Shown one piece after another: positions 1-10,943 of a DNA stretch of 64,000 nucleotides (positions are counted from its first letter, which is position 1; every line of letters begins with the position of its first letter). The notes beneath the pieces were generated by a model. It made no database searches. It worked only from the letters and a program-made list of their open reading frames with translations, and was not told the DNA's origin. The DNA comes from Corallochytrium limacisporum Hawaii (lineage: Eukaryota > Protista > Pluriformea). The stretch is from the NCBI GenBank assembly GCA_002811645.1, contig PDIP01000016.1, forward strand, positions 62,001 through 126,000, written 5' to 3'. Made by a program: the position numbers and the translations under genes.

Positions 1-677
1 TGGGTATATAACTGATACCCTTACAATATAATTAGTATAATTAACCTCAATGAAACCCAACTCCATTAGGGCATCAGTGATTAAGTCGGGACCGCAAACG
101 AGCCCGCAGTTTGTTGTGCAAACAAGGTACCGCTGAGATGGCTATCGGCGCTTCGACAGCACAGGATGGCTTTCACGGGTAGAGTTACCCATGTTGGATG
201 ACCGTAATGTCCTCGAAGGATGAAGTAGCAGTAAACTGCTTGCCAACGGACAACCTTAGAATACTGCTTCATGTCATGAATCGGGATCTGGCCATGCAAG
301 TGGGTTTTCCTTTGCAAGCAACCATGTTGGTCTACGACCGGGCCCCAATGCTACGAGTATGTAAGGCAAATGAGCACTGGCCACTGACAAGGACTGACGG
401 TATTAATGAGAGCTGAGAATGCTTCATTTCAATGGCCCCCTGACATGCCTGGTTTTAGCATGGACATCTACCGGGACGGAATCGTGTGTGTTTCTCACAG
501 GACTTCTGTACAAATTGTGGTTTCAGTCTAGCAACAACACATGCAGACTTGAGAAGGAAACATGTCCCTTCCGAATCTTGGGGTTGCCGTATGAAACACA
601 CAGAACCACAGTGCAGGCGCGCTTGCAGTTGGCGGTGCGCCCTTTCCGTGCAGGAAGGAAAGGGCGCACAAACCGCG

Positions 678-883
678 TGGCGCGCCATAGGGGCCCATTT
701 CCCGCCCACCCTTAATGTTTTCGCGCCAAAAGCTACCGGCCAATACCTTTTTTTTGGATCTGTTTTGGAACATTTTCCTCGCAGTGCACCCTAACCAAAG
801 GATGGGGATAACCAGTGTCGGTACTGAAAGTACCGTAATTTCAAGTGTCGGCTCATTCGCAAGCAGGACCCGCGAAAGCGGAA
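678..883. promoter_or_regulatory. Cluster of E2F-type sites
   Basis: TGGCGCGCCA (678-687), TTTCCCGC (698-705), TTTTCGCGCCAAAA (718-731) and CGCGAAA (871-877) in a non-coding interval; several match the E2F consensus TTTSSCGC. Confidence 0.5.
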
Positions 884-1866
884 AGGGTTCGCACATGGCC
901 GCCCAAGGACAGCATACGGCGACCCGCCCTGTCTCTAATCTCTGCACGGTTCTTTGGTAGCGATGTCAATCACCGCACTCAAAGAACTTAAAGAATACAA
1001 TGACTGCGACCAATCCCCACAGTTTCCGATATTTCTCATTGTTTTTCTAGGACACGACCTGTTTAGCTTCGTCAACCAGCCTTAGAAATGTGCACACACC
1101 GATGTATGCCTTTCTCTCACAGCAGTTCCTTTGAACACTGCGATGGTTTGAGGCTTCAATTGATCTGCTGAAATGGGCACTTGACTAAAATCATATACCT
1201 GGGAAACGCACAAGTCGATGAAAGCAGCATGCTTTCACGAGTGGGTTTCCCACCAGTCTAACTCTGTTCACCTGCGTGGCTGTGCGTGTGTAAACTTTCC
1301 TTATCTCACATACAGAACGCCTAACGGCTCTTCCGTCAATTTGATGGTGCAGTCACCCACGTTCGACCGAAATGAACGCTAACGTTTCGCCGGCTCCGCG
1401 TGAAGACCAGTGTGGAGTGGGTATGGGTGAGGCTTGGAACGTGTGCGCGCACTTTGCCTGGATCCGTTGCAAGCGCTCTGTGTCAGTGCTTCGCGAGCTC
1501 ATGGGGGATCGAGTGGTCGAAACGGGGTCAGAATGCGTGTGGGCAACGATCGGTGTCGGTTTGACTGTCGGCCAACGTTCGGTGCGCTCTGGTACTCGAT
1601 GATTCCAGTCATCGGAGCCTCGAGAGTTGCGGAGCTAGTGTAATCCTCAGCTCCGATTTAGAGCAAGAGCAAGGGCAAATAACTCTGTTATATACTTTAC
1701 CATTGTGTTGGGGTTTTTCACATTGGTTTTATTGCAATTTGCTAAAAAACTTGTTCTACGCCATTGACCACGGACAGACATTTGGCTCCGTCGGTCTCTA
1801 AAGTTAAAAGAGGGTTAACCAAAAAACAAAAACAGAAGAAATCTGCAACCACTTTACAATTCAAAA

Positions 1867-4800
1867 ATGGTTGCCTTTATCGAAGAACGTAGCTTCACCA
1901 CCCCGGCCAGCCTTGTCTTGGCTGACGGCACCAGCCACCCTGGTTTCAGCTTCGGCGCAAAGCGCAGCATTGCAGGTGAGGCCGTGTTCCAGACTGGTAT
2001 GGTTGGTTACGTCGAGGCCTTGACCGATCCCTCGTACAGGGGACAGATCCTAGTGTTGACCTACCCTCTGGTTGGTAACTACGGTGTACCCTCCCAGCAG
2101 GACAAGGACTACAACGATCTTCCCCTTCATTTCGAGAGCTACCAGATTCATGTGGCGGGCCTTGTTGTTTCCGAGTACTGTTTGAAACACAGCCATTGGC
2201 GGGCAGTGGAGAGCCTGGCCAGCTGGCTTCAGCGGGAAAAGGTCCCGGCCATCTTTGGTGTGGACACCCGTGCCGTGACGCAGTTGATTCGGGAAGAGGG
2301 TGTTATGCTGGGTAAACTGTTGGTCGGAGAGGAAGACATCAAGAACGCCGATGCTCTGGCCTGGGTGGACCCGAACGAACGCAACCTCGTTGCAGAGGTG
2401 AGTCGCAAGGAGAAGTCTGTCTACAGGGCCAACCCAGACAAATTCCCCAACGGACCGGTTGCTCGCATCATGGGTGTGGATGTGGGAATGAAGTACAATC
2501 AAATCCGTTGCTTTACTGAACGTGGTGTGGAGTTTACCGTGGTTCCGTGGGACTACCAGTTCAGCGGCGAAGTCGATAAGTACGACGGTCTCTTCCTGTC
2601 TAACGGTCCTGGCGATCCCAATATGATCAAAGAGACCGTGGCGGAGGTCAAGAAAGTACTGAGTGCCCAGACCGTGCCTATTTTCGGTATTTGTCTGGGT
2701 CACCAGCTGCTGTCCTTGAGCGCAGGTGCCAAAGCAAGCAAGCTTAAGTTCGGCAACCGTGGCCACAACATTCCCTGCATTGACTGCCGCTCGGGGTCGT
2801 GCCACATCACCACTCAGAACCACGGATACGCTGTAGAGACCAGCAGCCTACCGGCCGACTGGGATGTCTATTTCTACAACGCAAACGACAACACCAATGA
2901 GGGTATCATCCATAGGAGCCTGCCCTTCTTCAGTGTGCAGTTCCATCCTGAGTCCACTCCGGGTCCCCGTGATACTGAATACCTGTTTGATGACTTTATC
3001 AACCAAGCCATGGAGTGCCGCAAGCAGGGTAAGCTGGTCTCCTACCCTGCTGTAGAGGAGAAGCCCAAGGATATACAGCTCAAGGTGCGCAAGGTCGTCA
3101 TCCTCGGTTCTGGTGGTCTAAGTATCGGTCAGGCTGGTGAGTTTGATTACAGTGGTTCTCAGGCTATCAAGGCCTTCAAGGAAGAGGGCATCACAACGGT
3201 CTTGATCAACCCTAACATTGCTACCATCCAGACATCCCGCGGTCTCGCTGACAAGGTCTACTTCCTACCCGTGGACCCCACTCATGTCTTGAAGGTCGTG
3301 GAAAAGGAGCAGCCAGATGCCATTGCCGTAAGCTTTGGTGGTCAGACTGCTCTGAACTGTGGTGTGGCTATCAAGGAGGATCTGAAGCGTCTGGGAGTGC
3401 GCGTCCTGGGTACCCCTCTAGAAGCCGTGGAGCTGACCGAGGATCGCGCGATGTTCGCCTCCCTCATGCGCGAAATTGGTGAGAAGGTCGCCGTTTCCGA
3501 GTCCGCGACTAATGTCGAGGACTCCGTTGTTGCCGCAGAGCGCATTGGCTACCCAGTGATTGTGCGTGCTGCATATGCCCTCGGTGGCCTTGGCTCTGGT
3601 TTCGCCAACAACCGCAAGCAGCTTGTTGACCTGTGTACCACTGCCTTTTCCACGTCTCCTCAGGTGCTGATTGAACGTTCCATGAAGGGATGGAAGGAAG
3701 TGGAGTATGAAGTCGTGCGTGATATCAACGACAACTGCATCACTGTCTGCAACATGGAGAACTTTGATCCCCTCGGAATCCACACCGGTGACTCCATTGT
3801 CGTCGCTCCGTCCCAGACCCTGAACGATCGTGAGTACCACATGTTGCGAAACTGTGCTATCAAGGTCATTCGTCGCTTGGGTGTCGTCGGTGAGTGCAAC
3901 ATTCAGTACGCCCTGAACCCCGAGAGCGAGGAGTACTGTATCATTGAGGTGAACGCTCGTCTGAGTCGGTCATCTGCCCTGGCGTCCAAGGCCACCGGCT
4001 ATCCCCTGGCCTTCGTAGCCGCCAAACTTGGTCTGCACATTACGCTGCCAGAGATTCGCAACGCAGTGACGCAGAAGACCTGCGCTTGCTTCGAGCCGTC
4101 TCTAGATTATCTCGTCGTAAAAATGCCCCGCTGGGATCTGAAGAAGTTCACTCGCGTAAACAAACGTGTTGGTAGCGCAATGAAGTCCGTCGGTGAGGTA
4201 ATGAGTATCTCCCGCACATTTGAAGACGCCATTCAAAAGGCTATTCGTGCCAACGATGACGCCAATATTGGTTTCTATCCCAAGCAGCTCAGTGACGGTG
4301 TGACAGTGGACGAGGAATTGGAATTCCCCACTGACCAGCGTCTCTTTGCGCTGGCCAATGCGTTCCGGGACGACTACAGCATCGACAAAATCCACAACAT
4401 GAGCAAGATCGATCGCTGGTTCTTGTACAAGCTGCAGGGTATCCATGAGCTCGCAGAGGTAAGTATTTCTGTCTTTTCTCAAGTTTGGGTGCTTGTTCGT
4501 ACGTGCTTTCGCAATGTGATTGATTCCAATCTTCACTCGCTTACGGAGCGTGTGGGGATTTAGAGATGTAGGTCGGGAGAGTGCCTAATCGGAACGAAAT
4601 GATGAATACTATAGGGATTTCTATGAACGTGGTCACGGAGCGACATTCCACCAGGAATCTGACAAATGGACTGGACCTGCCAAGAGGACTCGTAGTTGGT
4701 TGTGGATGATCATTGCAAATCGTATTCTTGATTCCATCAACACCGTACTCTTCGTTGGTGGTGAGTTTGTGATAGATGCAATTGGGTAATTCTGAAACCC

Positions 4801-7800
4801 TTCCTTTTGGCACGGTTTGTCTTGAGTCTACGTCAATCCAAGACAATGCGTATGTTTATCTCACAGTACTCTCCTGACTCTTGTCACACGAAATCACCAG
4901 CATCTGGTGTTGTTTCCTGTGGATTTGGTCTCTCTTCTAGGTCATTTGCCTATGCCCCCTGTGGATGCGCATAGAATCTCTAAATCATTGCAGAGGATGT
5001 CTTGTCACAGTTGTGTCACATGCACGAATTGAGCATGGCCATCGTGTCCGTTTAACTCGGGATCTGACAAACTAACTGTTTTCCTTTTTTCACTTCCATT
5101 TACTTCTTTGTTCTACAGAAAATGTCCAAAATGTCTCTGAGCACAATCGATTTCGAAACTGTGCGCGATGCCAAGATTAAGGGTTTCAGCGATGCCCTCA
5201 TTGCCAAGTGCCTGGACTCTTCCGCACTCGCAGTCCGTGAGAAGCGCATTGACTTCAATATTGCCCCCGTCACCAAGCAGATTGATACCGTTGCCGCTGA
5301 ATTTCCGGCCCAGACCAACTACCTCTACATGACCTACAGCGGCAGCTACAATGACATTCAGCTGGATCCGTCCGACGTTAGCATCATTGTGCTAGGTAGC
5401 GGTGTCTACCGTATTGGTTCGTCTGTTGAGTTCGATTGGTGTGCCGTCCGCTGTGTGCGAACAATGCAGGAGGTTGGCTTCAAGTCGGTCATGATCAACT
5501 ACAACCCGGAAACTGTGTCCACTGACTTTGACGAGGCCGACTATTTGTACTTTGAGAACATTGAGCTGGAGCGGGTACTTGATGTGCACACATTTGTAAA
5601 GCCCCGCGGTGTGATTGTGAGCATGGGTGGTCAGATTGCTAATAACATTGCTTTGCCGCTCATGCGCCAGGCCGTGAATGTGCTGGGTACTTCCCCCGTG
5701 CAGATTGACAATGCGGAAAATCGCTACAAGTTTAGCCGCATGTGCGATTCTATTGGTGTTGACCAGCCTAAATGGAAAGAGTTAAGCACCTACGACGAAG
5801 CCGCGGCCTTTTGTGATGAAGTGACCTACCCAGTACTGGTACGTCCGTCCTATGTTCTGTCCGGTGCGGCCATGACTGTGGTCTACTCACCCGAAGATTT
5901 GGAAAACTATCTTGGCAAGGCCGCTGATGTCAGTCGTGACCACCCCGTGGTCATTTCCAAATTCATTGACGAGGCTAAAGAGATCGAGGTGGATGCCGTC
6001 GCTTTAGACGGTAAACTGATCATGCACGTCATTTCCGAGCATGTTGAGAACGCCGGTGTGCACTCTGGCGATGCCACCCTGATCCAACCTCCAACCGATA
6101 TCGACCCTATCACCCGCCGCCGCATCGAGAATGTGACCGCCAAGATTGCCGATGCTCTGATTGTGACTGGTCCTTTCAACATCCAGTTTATTGCCAAAAA
6201 CAATGAGATCAAGGTTATTGAGTGCAACGTGCGCTGCTCTCGTTCATTCCCTTTCGTGAGCAAGGCCATCAACGTCGACCTCATTGAGATGGCCACCAAG
6301 GCCATCCTTGGGGTACCAGTGAAGCCCTATCCGAATGCCCACTCTCCGCCTCTTGAGTACGTGTGTGTGAAGGTCCCGCAATTCTCATTCAGCCGTCTTG
6401 CAGGTGCCGACCCCATTCTCGGTGTGGAGATGGCTTCCACGGGTGAAGTCGCCTGCTTCGGCCGCGACAAGTATGAGGCCTACTTGAAATCCCTGATGTC
6501 CACAGGTTTCAAGATTTCGTTCCAGTCTCGCGCTGTGTTGATCTCCATTGGTCCGTACAAGGAGAAGATGGAGTTTCTGCCCTTCGCGCGCAAGCTTGTT
6601 GCCAATGGCTATCACCTCTATGCCACTCCCGGCACCAGTGACTTTTTGGAGGCGCATGACGTCCATTCCGAGGTCTTGGACGTCCTCGACATGGAGGACA
6701 CTGGCATCCAGTCCGAGCAACAGCAAACCACTGTCAGCCATTATCTGCAGAACAACTTGATTGATCTGTTCATTTGCTTGCCAAGTCGCAACCGTTACCG
6801 TCGCCCTGCTACGTACATGAGCCGTGGTTATCAGACCCGCCGTCTTGCAATCGACCGTCAGGTACCGCTGATCACTAACATCAAAATTGCAAAGATCTTC
6901 ACTGAGGCCATGATCCGCTACCCGGAGTCTTCCAAACTGCCGCTCAACAAGTATGATTACCTACTCTCCCACGAACACGTTTCCATCCCTGGCATGATTG
7001 AGCCCATGGCCCACCTGAATGTTTCGTCCGAGAACCCGGCGCTCTCCATGGCTGCGACTACTGACACTGCCCTGTCTGCCGGTTTTGTGCACGTTGGTGT
7101 GCTCTCCACAGACCGCTCCATTACGGACACTGCGTCACTGCGCAAGGTCCAGGAAGGCCTGACGCACATTCTACACACAGACATCTCGCTCTACTGCGAG
7201 CCTGCCAAAGGCAATGTTGACCCTGCCGCCGGTCTGCCAGGCCTTGCTGACCTGGGCCAGAACCAGGGTCTCTACCTCGACCTGCGCGACATGACCGATG
7301 TCTCGAGAATTTCACCAATTTTGGATCAATGGCCCTCTCATCTGCAGCTCGTGGTACGTGCGTCGGGCATGCAGCTCGCGGCTGCTCTCTTTGTCGCAAC
7401 CTCAACCAGCCGCAAACTTCACATTCACCAGGTCATCAGCCCTGCAGACCTCGACCTGATTGCCTCCGCCAAGCAGCAGCTGACGTTTATGGGCGAGATT
7501 AATGGTACTGTAACTTGCGATGTGAACCCGATCATGATGTGCATGGATGACGAAGACCTGGCTGCTCACAATGAGCGTCAGACCTTTGGCAAGACTCCTG
7601 TGACTCGCGAGGGGATTACCGCACTGTGGGAAAAGATTAGCTTTGTTGACATGTTCTCCATCGGTGATATGAGCCTGGCCTTCCCTCACTCGGTGGAGTT
7701 GGTCCTGCCTCTGCTGCTAGATGCCGTGCGCCAGGGCTTGCTCACTCTGCAGCAGGTCATTGACCGCACCAGTGCAAACCCTGTGCGCTACTTTGGTCTG

Positions 7801-9411
7801 CCCAAGCACCGCGCCACCGTGCTCGAAGTGGATATGGACAAGACCTGGTCCTTTACTGACTCTGACCGTGCCGGTGCTGACTTGAGCCCTTTCCTGAGTA
7901 ACCCAGGTCGAGTTTTCCGGGGTCGTCTTAGCCGCATCAAAGCCCATGGCCAGGACATTAGCCTGGACAGCGCTGGTTCCTTCGAGGAGCGCCAGCACAA
8001 GCCGCTCATCGAGGGCCGGGAGATCTTCCCAATGTTTGAGTTGACCCGTTCAGCCACTCGCCCTGCCTCCGCTGCGGCTGGCGCCGTCACTGCGAACGAG
8101 GCCTACCCTTCAGATGGCGTTGTCTCAAAATTCGAGCGCCAAACCGCTGGTCCTGCTGTAGTCGAAGGCTCCAAGCCGCTAGTCCGTGATGGAGCCAGCT
8201 TTTCGTTGGACGATGACGAGGCCACGACCATGGCCAACGGTGGCCTGCTCCCGCCGATGCGTAGCGCGAGCCCTTCTCGCAGCTCCGCTGCCACGGACGC
8301 AATCCACTCAATGACACGGGATCAGAGTTTCCAATCCATCGGACGAGCCGCGGCTACTACACCGACTCCGGAGCTGGACTCTATGCTGTCCCCGAAGCGT
8401 GGAGCTGAGAAATCCGGCACTCTGGTATCCCAAAACCTTACAAGCGCAGCGACTATGAAATTGTCCACAATCTCCACCCGCGAGGGGCCGGGAGGCTTCC
8501 CTGTCCATTTGCTCGGCGTCAAGCAGCTCAATCGAAAGCTCCTGCACAATCTCTTCCAGACTGCGTATGAAATGCGGAAGATGGTAGAACGTATGGGATC
8601 CATTGACATCTTGCGTGGCAAGGTCATGGCCTCGGTCTTCTACGAGCCCTCTACACGCACACAGATGAGTTTCCAGGCTGCCATGGAGCGCCTCGGGGGC
8701 TCTGTGTTGTCCATTAATGTCGACACTTCGAGTGTGAAGAAGGGCGAGTCCCTGGCCGACACGCTGCGTTGCATGCAGTGCTACAGCGACCTGATTGTAT
8801 TACGCCACCCAGAACCGGGTGCTATTCAGCAGGAGTCAAAGCACCTGCGCGTGCCACTCATCAATGCCGGCGACGGTATTGGGGAGCACCCGACCCAGGC
8901 CTTGCTTGATCTCTACACCATTCGTGAGGAGCTTGGTACGGTTAACAATCTGACGATCACCGTGGTCGGAGACCTTAAGCATGGACGCACTGTCCATTCC
9001 CTAGTGCGTCTGCTGACCAACTACAATGTCCGTCTTGTCTACGTATCGCATCCCTCCCTGGGCATGCCTCAGGAAATTGTCAACGAAGTTCACGCCGCTG
9101 GTATACAACAAAGTTACGCTGAGGATCTGAACGATGTCATCGCAGACACTGATGTTCTCTATGTGACCCGCATTCAACGCGAACGATTCCCGTCTGAAGA
9201 CGAGTATCAAAAGCATGCCGGCAAACTCGTTGTCGATGTGAAACTGCTGAAGAAGGCAAAGGATCATATGTGCATTCTCCATCCGCTGCCCCGTGTCGAT
9301 GAGATCTCCACCGAAGTCGACTACGATCCTCGGGCAGCATACTTCCGTCAGATGACCTATGGTATGTACGTGCGAATGGCTCTGTTGGCTACCATGCTGG
9401 GTAAGGCTTAA
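1867..9411 (+). CDS. URA2: CAD/URA2 multifunctional pyrimidine enzyme (GATase-CPSase-pseudoDHOase-ATCase); exons 1867-4458 and 5119-9411, 2294 aa
   Basis: GATase GICLG and HPE motifs, CPSase [10 protein letters not shown] and second synthetase half, ATCase [16 protein letters not shown]. The two ORFs join in frame across a GT..AG intron. Confidence 0.97.
4599..4662 (+). ncRNA. Candidate intronic box C/D snoRNA 1
   Basis: Perfect C box ATGATGA (4599-4605), D'-like ATGA (4623-4626), D box CTGA (4659-4662). No confident target. Confidence 0.5.
4698..4799 (+). ncRNA. Intronic box C/D snoRNA 2 with 18S rRNA guide
   Basis: C-like TGGATGA (4703-4709), D box CTGA (4792-4795), terminal stem GGTT/AACC. 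Guide ATTGGGTAATT (4781-4791) is fully complementary to conserved 18S AAUUACCCAAU. Confidence 0.75.
4988..5070 (+). ncRNA. Candidate intronic box C/D snoRNA 3
   Basis: Degenerate C box AGGATGT (4994-5000), TTGA (5029-5032), CTGA (5064-5067), short TTG/CAA closing stem. Target unresolved. Confidence 0.25.
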
Positions 9412-9781
9412 ACAGGACATAAAGCCAAAGATTCTGATGAAGATGAAAGCAAGCCCGCGATCTCTTTTTGATGTCAACCAAACTTGGATCCAAACCCAAC
9501 TCTCCACACAACCCACTCCAAGATTGCTGTTCGTGACTCAAGCACGGACTTCAAACTCATCATCGTCATTCTTCCGAAGAAGACACATGTATTGAAAACA
9601 TCAAACGTATGTCACCAAAAAAACCTAACCCCAATCTGACAATATTTTTGTTTTCCCTACATGTCGAATAAATCATTCATTATTATATATCATGCATCTT
9701 TACATCATGTGTAATCTCAAAAATACAATTGCATCGTTTTGAACTGATTCTACTTTTCTGTCTAATGTATCTCAAGTCAAA

Positions 9782-10060
9782 CTATCCAAAGCGTAGCATT
9801 GTGTCGATACATAAGTACAGTTGATCCATAAACGACCCCGTAGCTACCCTCAATATCTTAAGATTCACTGCCCGGAAATTTACATGAACAATGTTATCTT
9901 CCACAACACTTACTTTCCGGATGCAAATGTCCGGCTTAGGTTCCCTATCAACAGACATGGTGTCAGCAACTACTTTCGCCAACCGCGCAGTCGGCATTGG
10001 CACATTAAGGTCCACACCATAGCAGTAGTCTGGTATGTCAGTCCTGGTTTCCTCTGTCAT
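9782..10060 (-). CDS. PCC1: KEOPS/EKC subunit Pcc1/LAGE3
   Basis: 92 aa with family pattern LxVP.PT.RLA.VV..TMSVD.E and F.A..LK.LR.A..SF. Confidence 0.88.
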   Translation of the reverse strand: MTEETRTDIPDYCYGVDLNVPMPTARLAKVVADTMSVDREPKPDICIRKVSVVEDNIVHVNFRAVNLKILRVATGSFMDQLYLCIDTMLRFG

Positions 10061-10527
10061 GGCTACTTGGAATTCGTTTGTTGGTTACAGCTATCCCTAT
10101 ATCGTCACAACGTTACATGTTTATGTTTGCTTTTGTCGATCTCCGCAGAGCTTTTCTAATTTTCTTTATATCTAAGGCTTCTTCTACTGGAAAATTTGCC
10201 GACCAATGATTACTGAAAGTCGTATTGTCTTCTGAATCACTTTCCAAAATACCACAACCCCTTGTTTCCGTATGCTACCAAGAGAGCCAGCACGCGTGCC
10301 CTCCACCCCGCCGGGTGGGGGACGGGAGGACGGGAGGGTAGACCTCCAGGTCTTTTTCAGCCCCTAAGAACAGAAGAGTGGGGTGGTGCGCTGGTGCGGT
10401 AACTGGACAGAGTGAATACTGCAAGACCACACAACCGGCCGTTTGTTGCGTAGGGACGAGGTCGGTTTGGTCCACACATATTCCTTGCCAGCCATCCGCT
10501 CCCGCTCCAGTGTGTGGCGAGAAAAGC

Positions 10528-10537
10528 GGGGGGGGGG
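10528..10537. promoter_or_regulatory. G10 tract in the divergent Pcc1/TMEM245 interval
   Basis: Homopolymer G run within a G/C-run-rich intergenic patch. Confidence 0.45.
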
Positions 10538-10943
10538 TTCCGAAATGGCGACCAAATCCGCCAGCCCCCTTTTTCCCGCTGGACTGGTGCAGGTGAAAAG
10601 AGCGGGGCGGGTCTCTAGGAAGGGGGATCCCCGCGCAAAATTAAGGAGAAAATGACATAATAAGTAGATAGGGAAACAGACAAAAGTCTCGCTCTCCTCG
10701 TCGGCTTGCACCCCGTTTCTTAAATTAGGTTCCTTAGGCCTATGGTGGTCTGGTGTTTGGTATTCAAGATGCAGATCGATGATGCTAACAGAGTTGGCGA
10801 TACCAGGCTGGTCAGAAACCAACGGTGCGACTACGTAGCTCGACATAAAAGAAAAGTGCAAACGCACAAGGGTCGGAAGCAAGAGATCAGAACAGGAATG
10901 TAAGCCATCTGGACCACTGCCTCCAAACCCCGTACGTGACGTC

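Larger units (their letters stand above)
4459..5118 (+). other. Spliceosomal intron, 660 nt, phase 0
   Basis: Donor GAG|GTAAGT at 4459, branch ACTAAC at 5071-5076, long pyrimidine tract, acceptor CTACAG| at 5118. Removal restores the frame (ELAE|KMSK). Confidence 0.95.

Noticed and set aside
4459-4563. C-terminal extension of ORF 1867-4563 (VSISVFSQ...)
   Set aside because: It is read-through into the intron; CPSase homology resumes in frame at 5119.
4604-4630. Resemblance of TACTATAGGGATTTCTAT to U3 boxes A'/A
   Set aside because: Box A is imperfect, no B/C motif is evident, and the segment lies inside a C/D module in an intron.
4698-4799. Calling the intronic snoRNA an snR87/SNORD16 orthologue
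   Set aside because: The guide covers the same 18S segment, but the D+5 rule points 5 nt downstream of Am436/Am484, so orthology is not supported.
2050-9516. Many antisense ORFs over CAD (similar ones overlap other genes)
   Set aside because: Shadow ORFs produced by the codon bias of the real gene.
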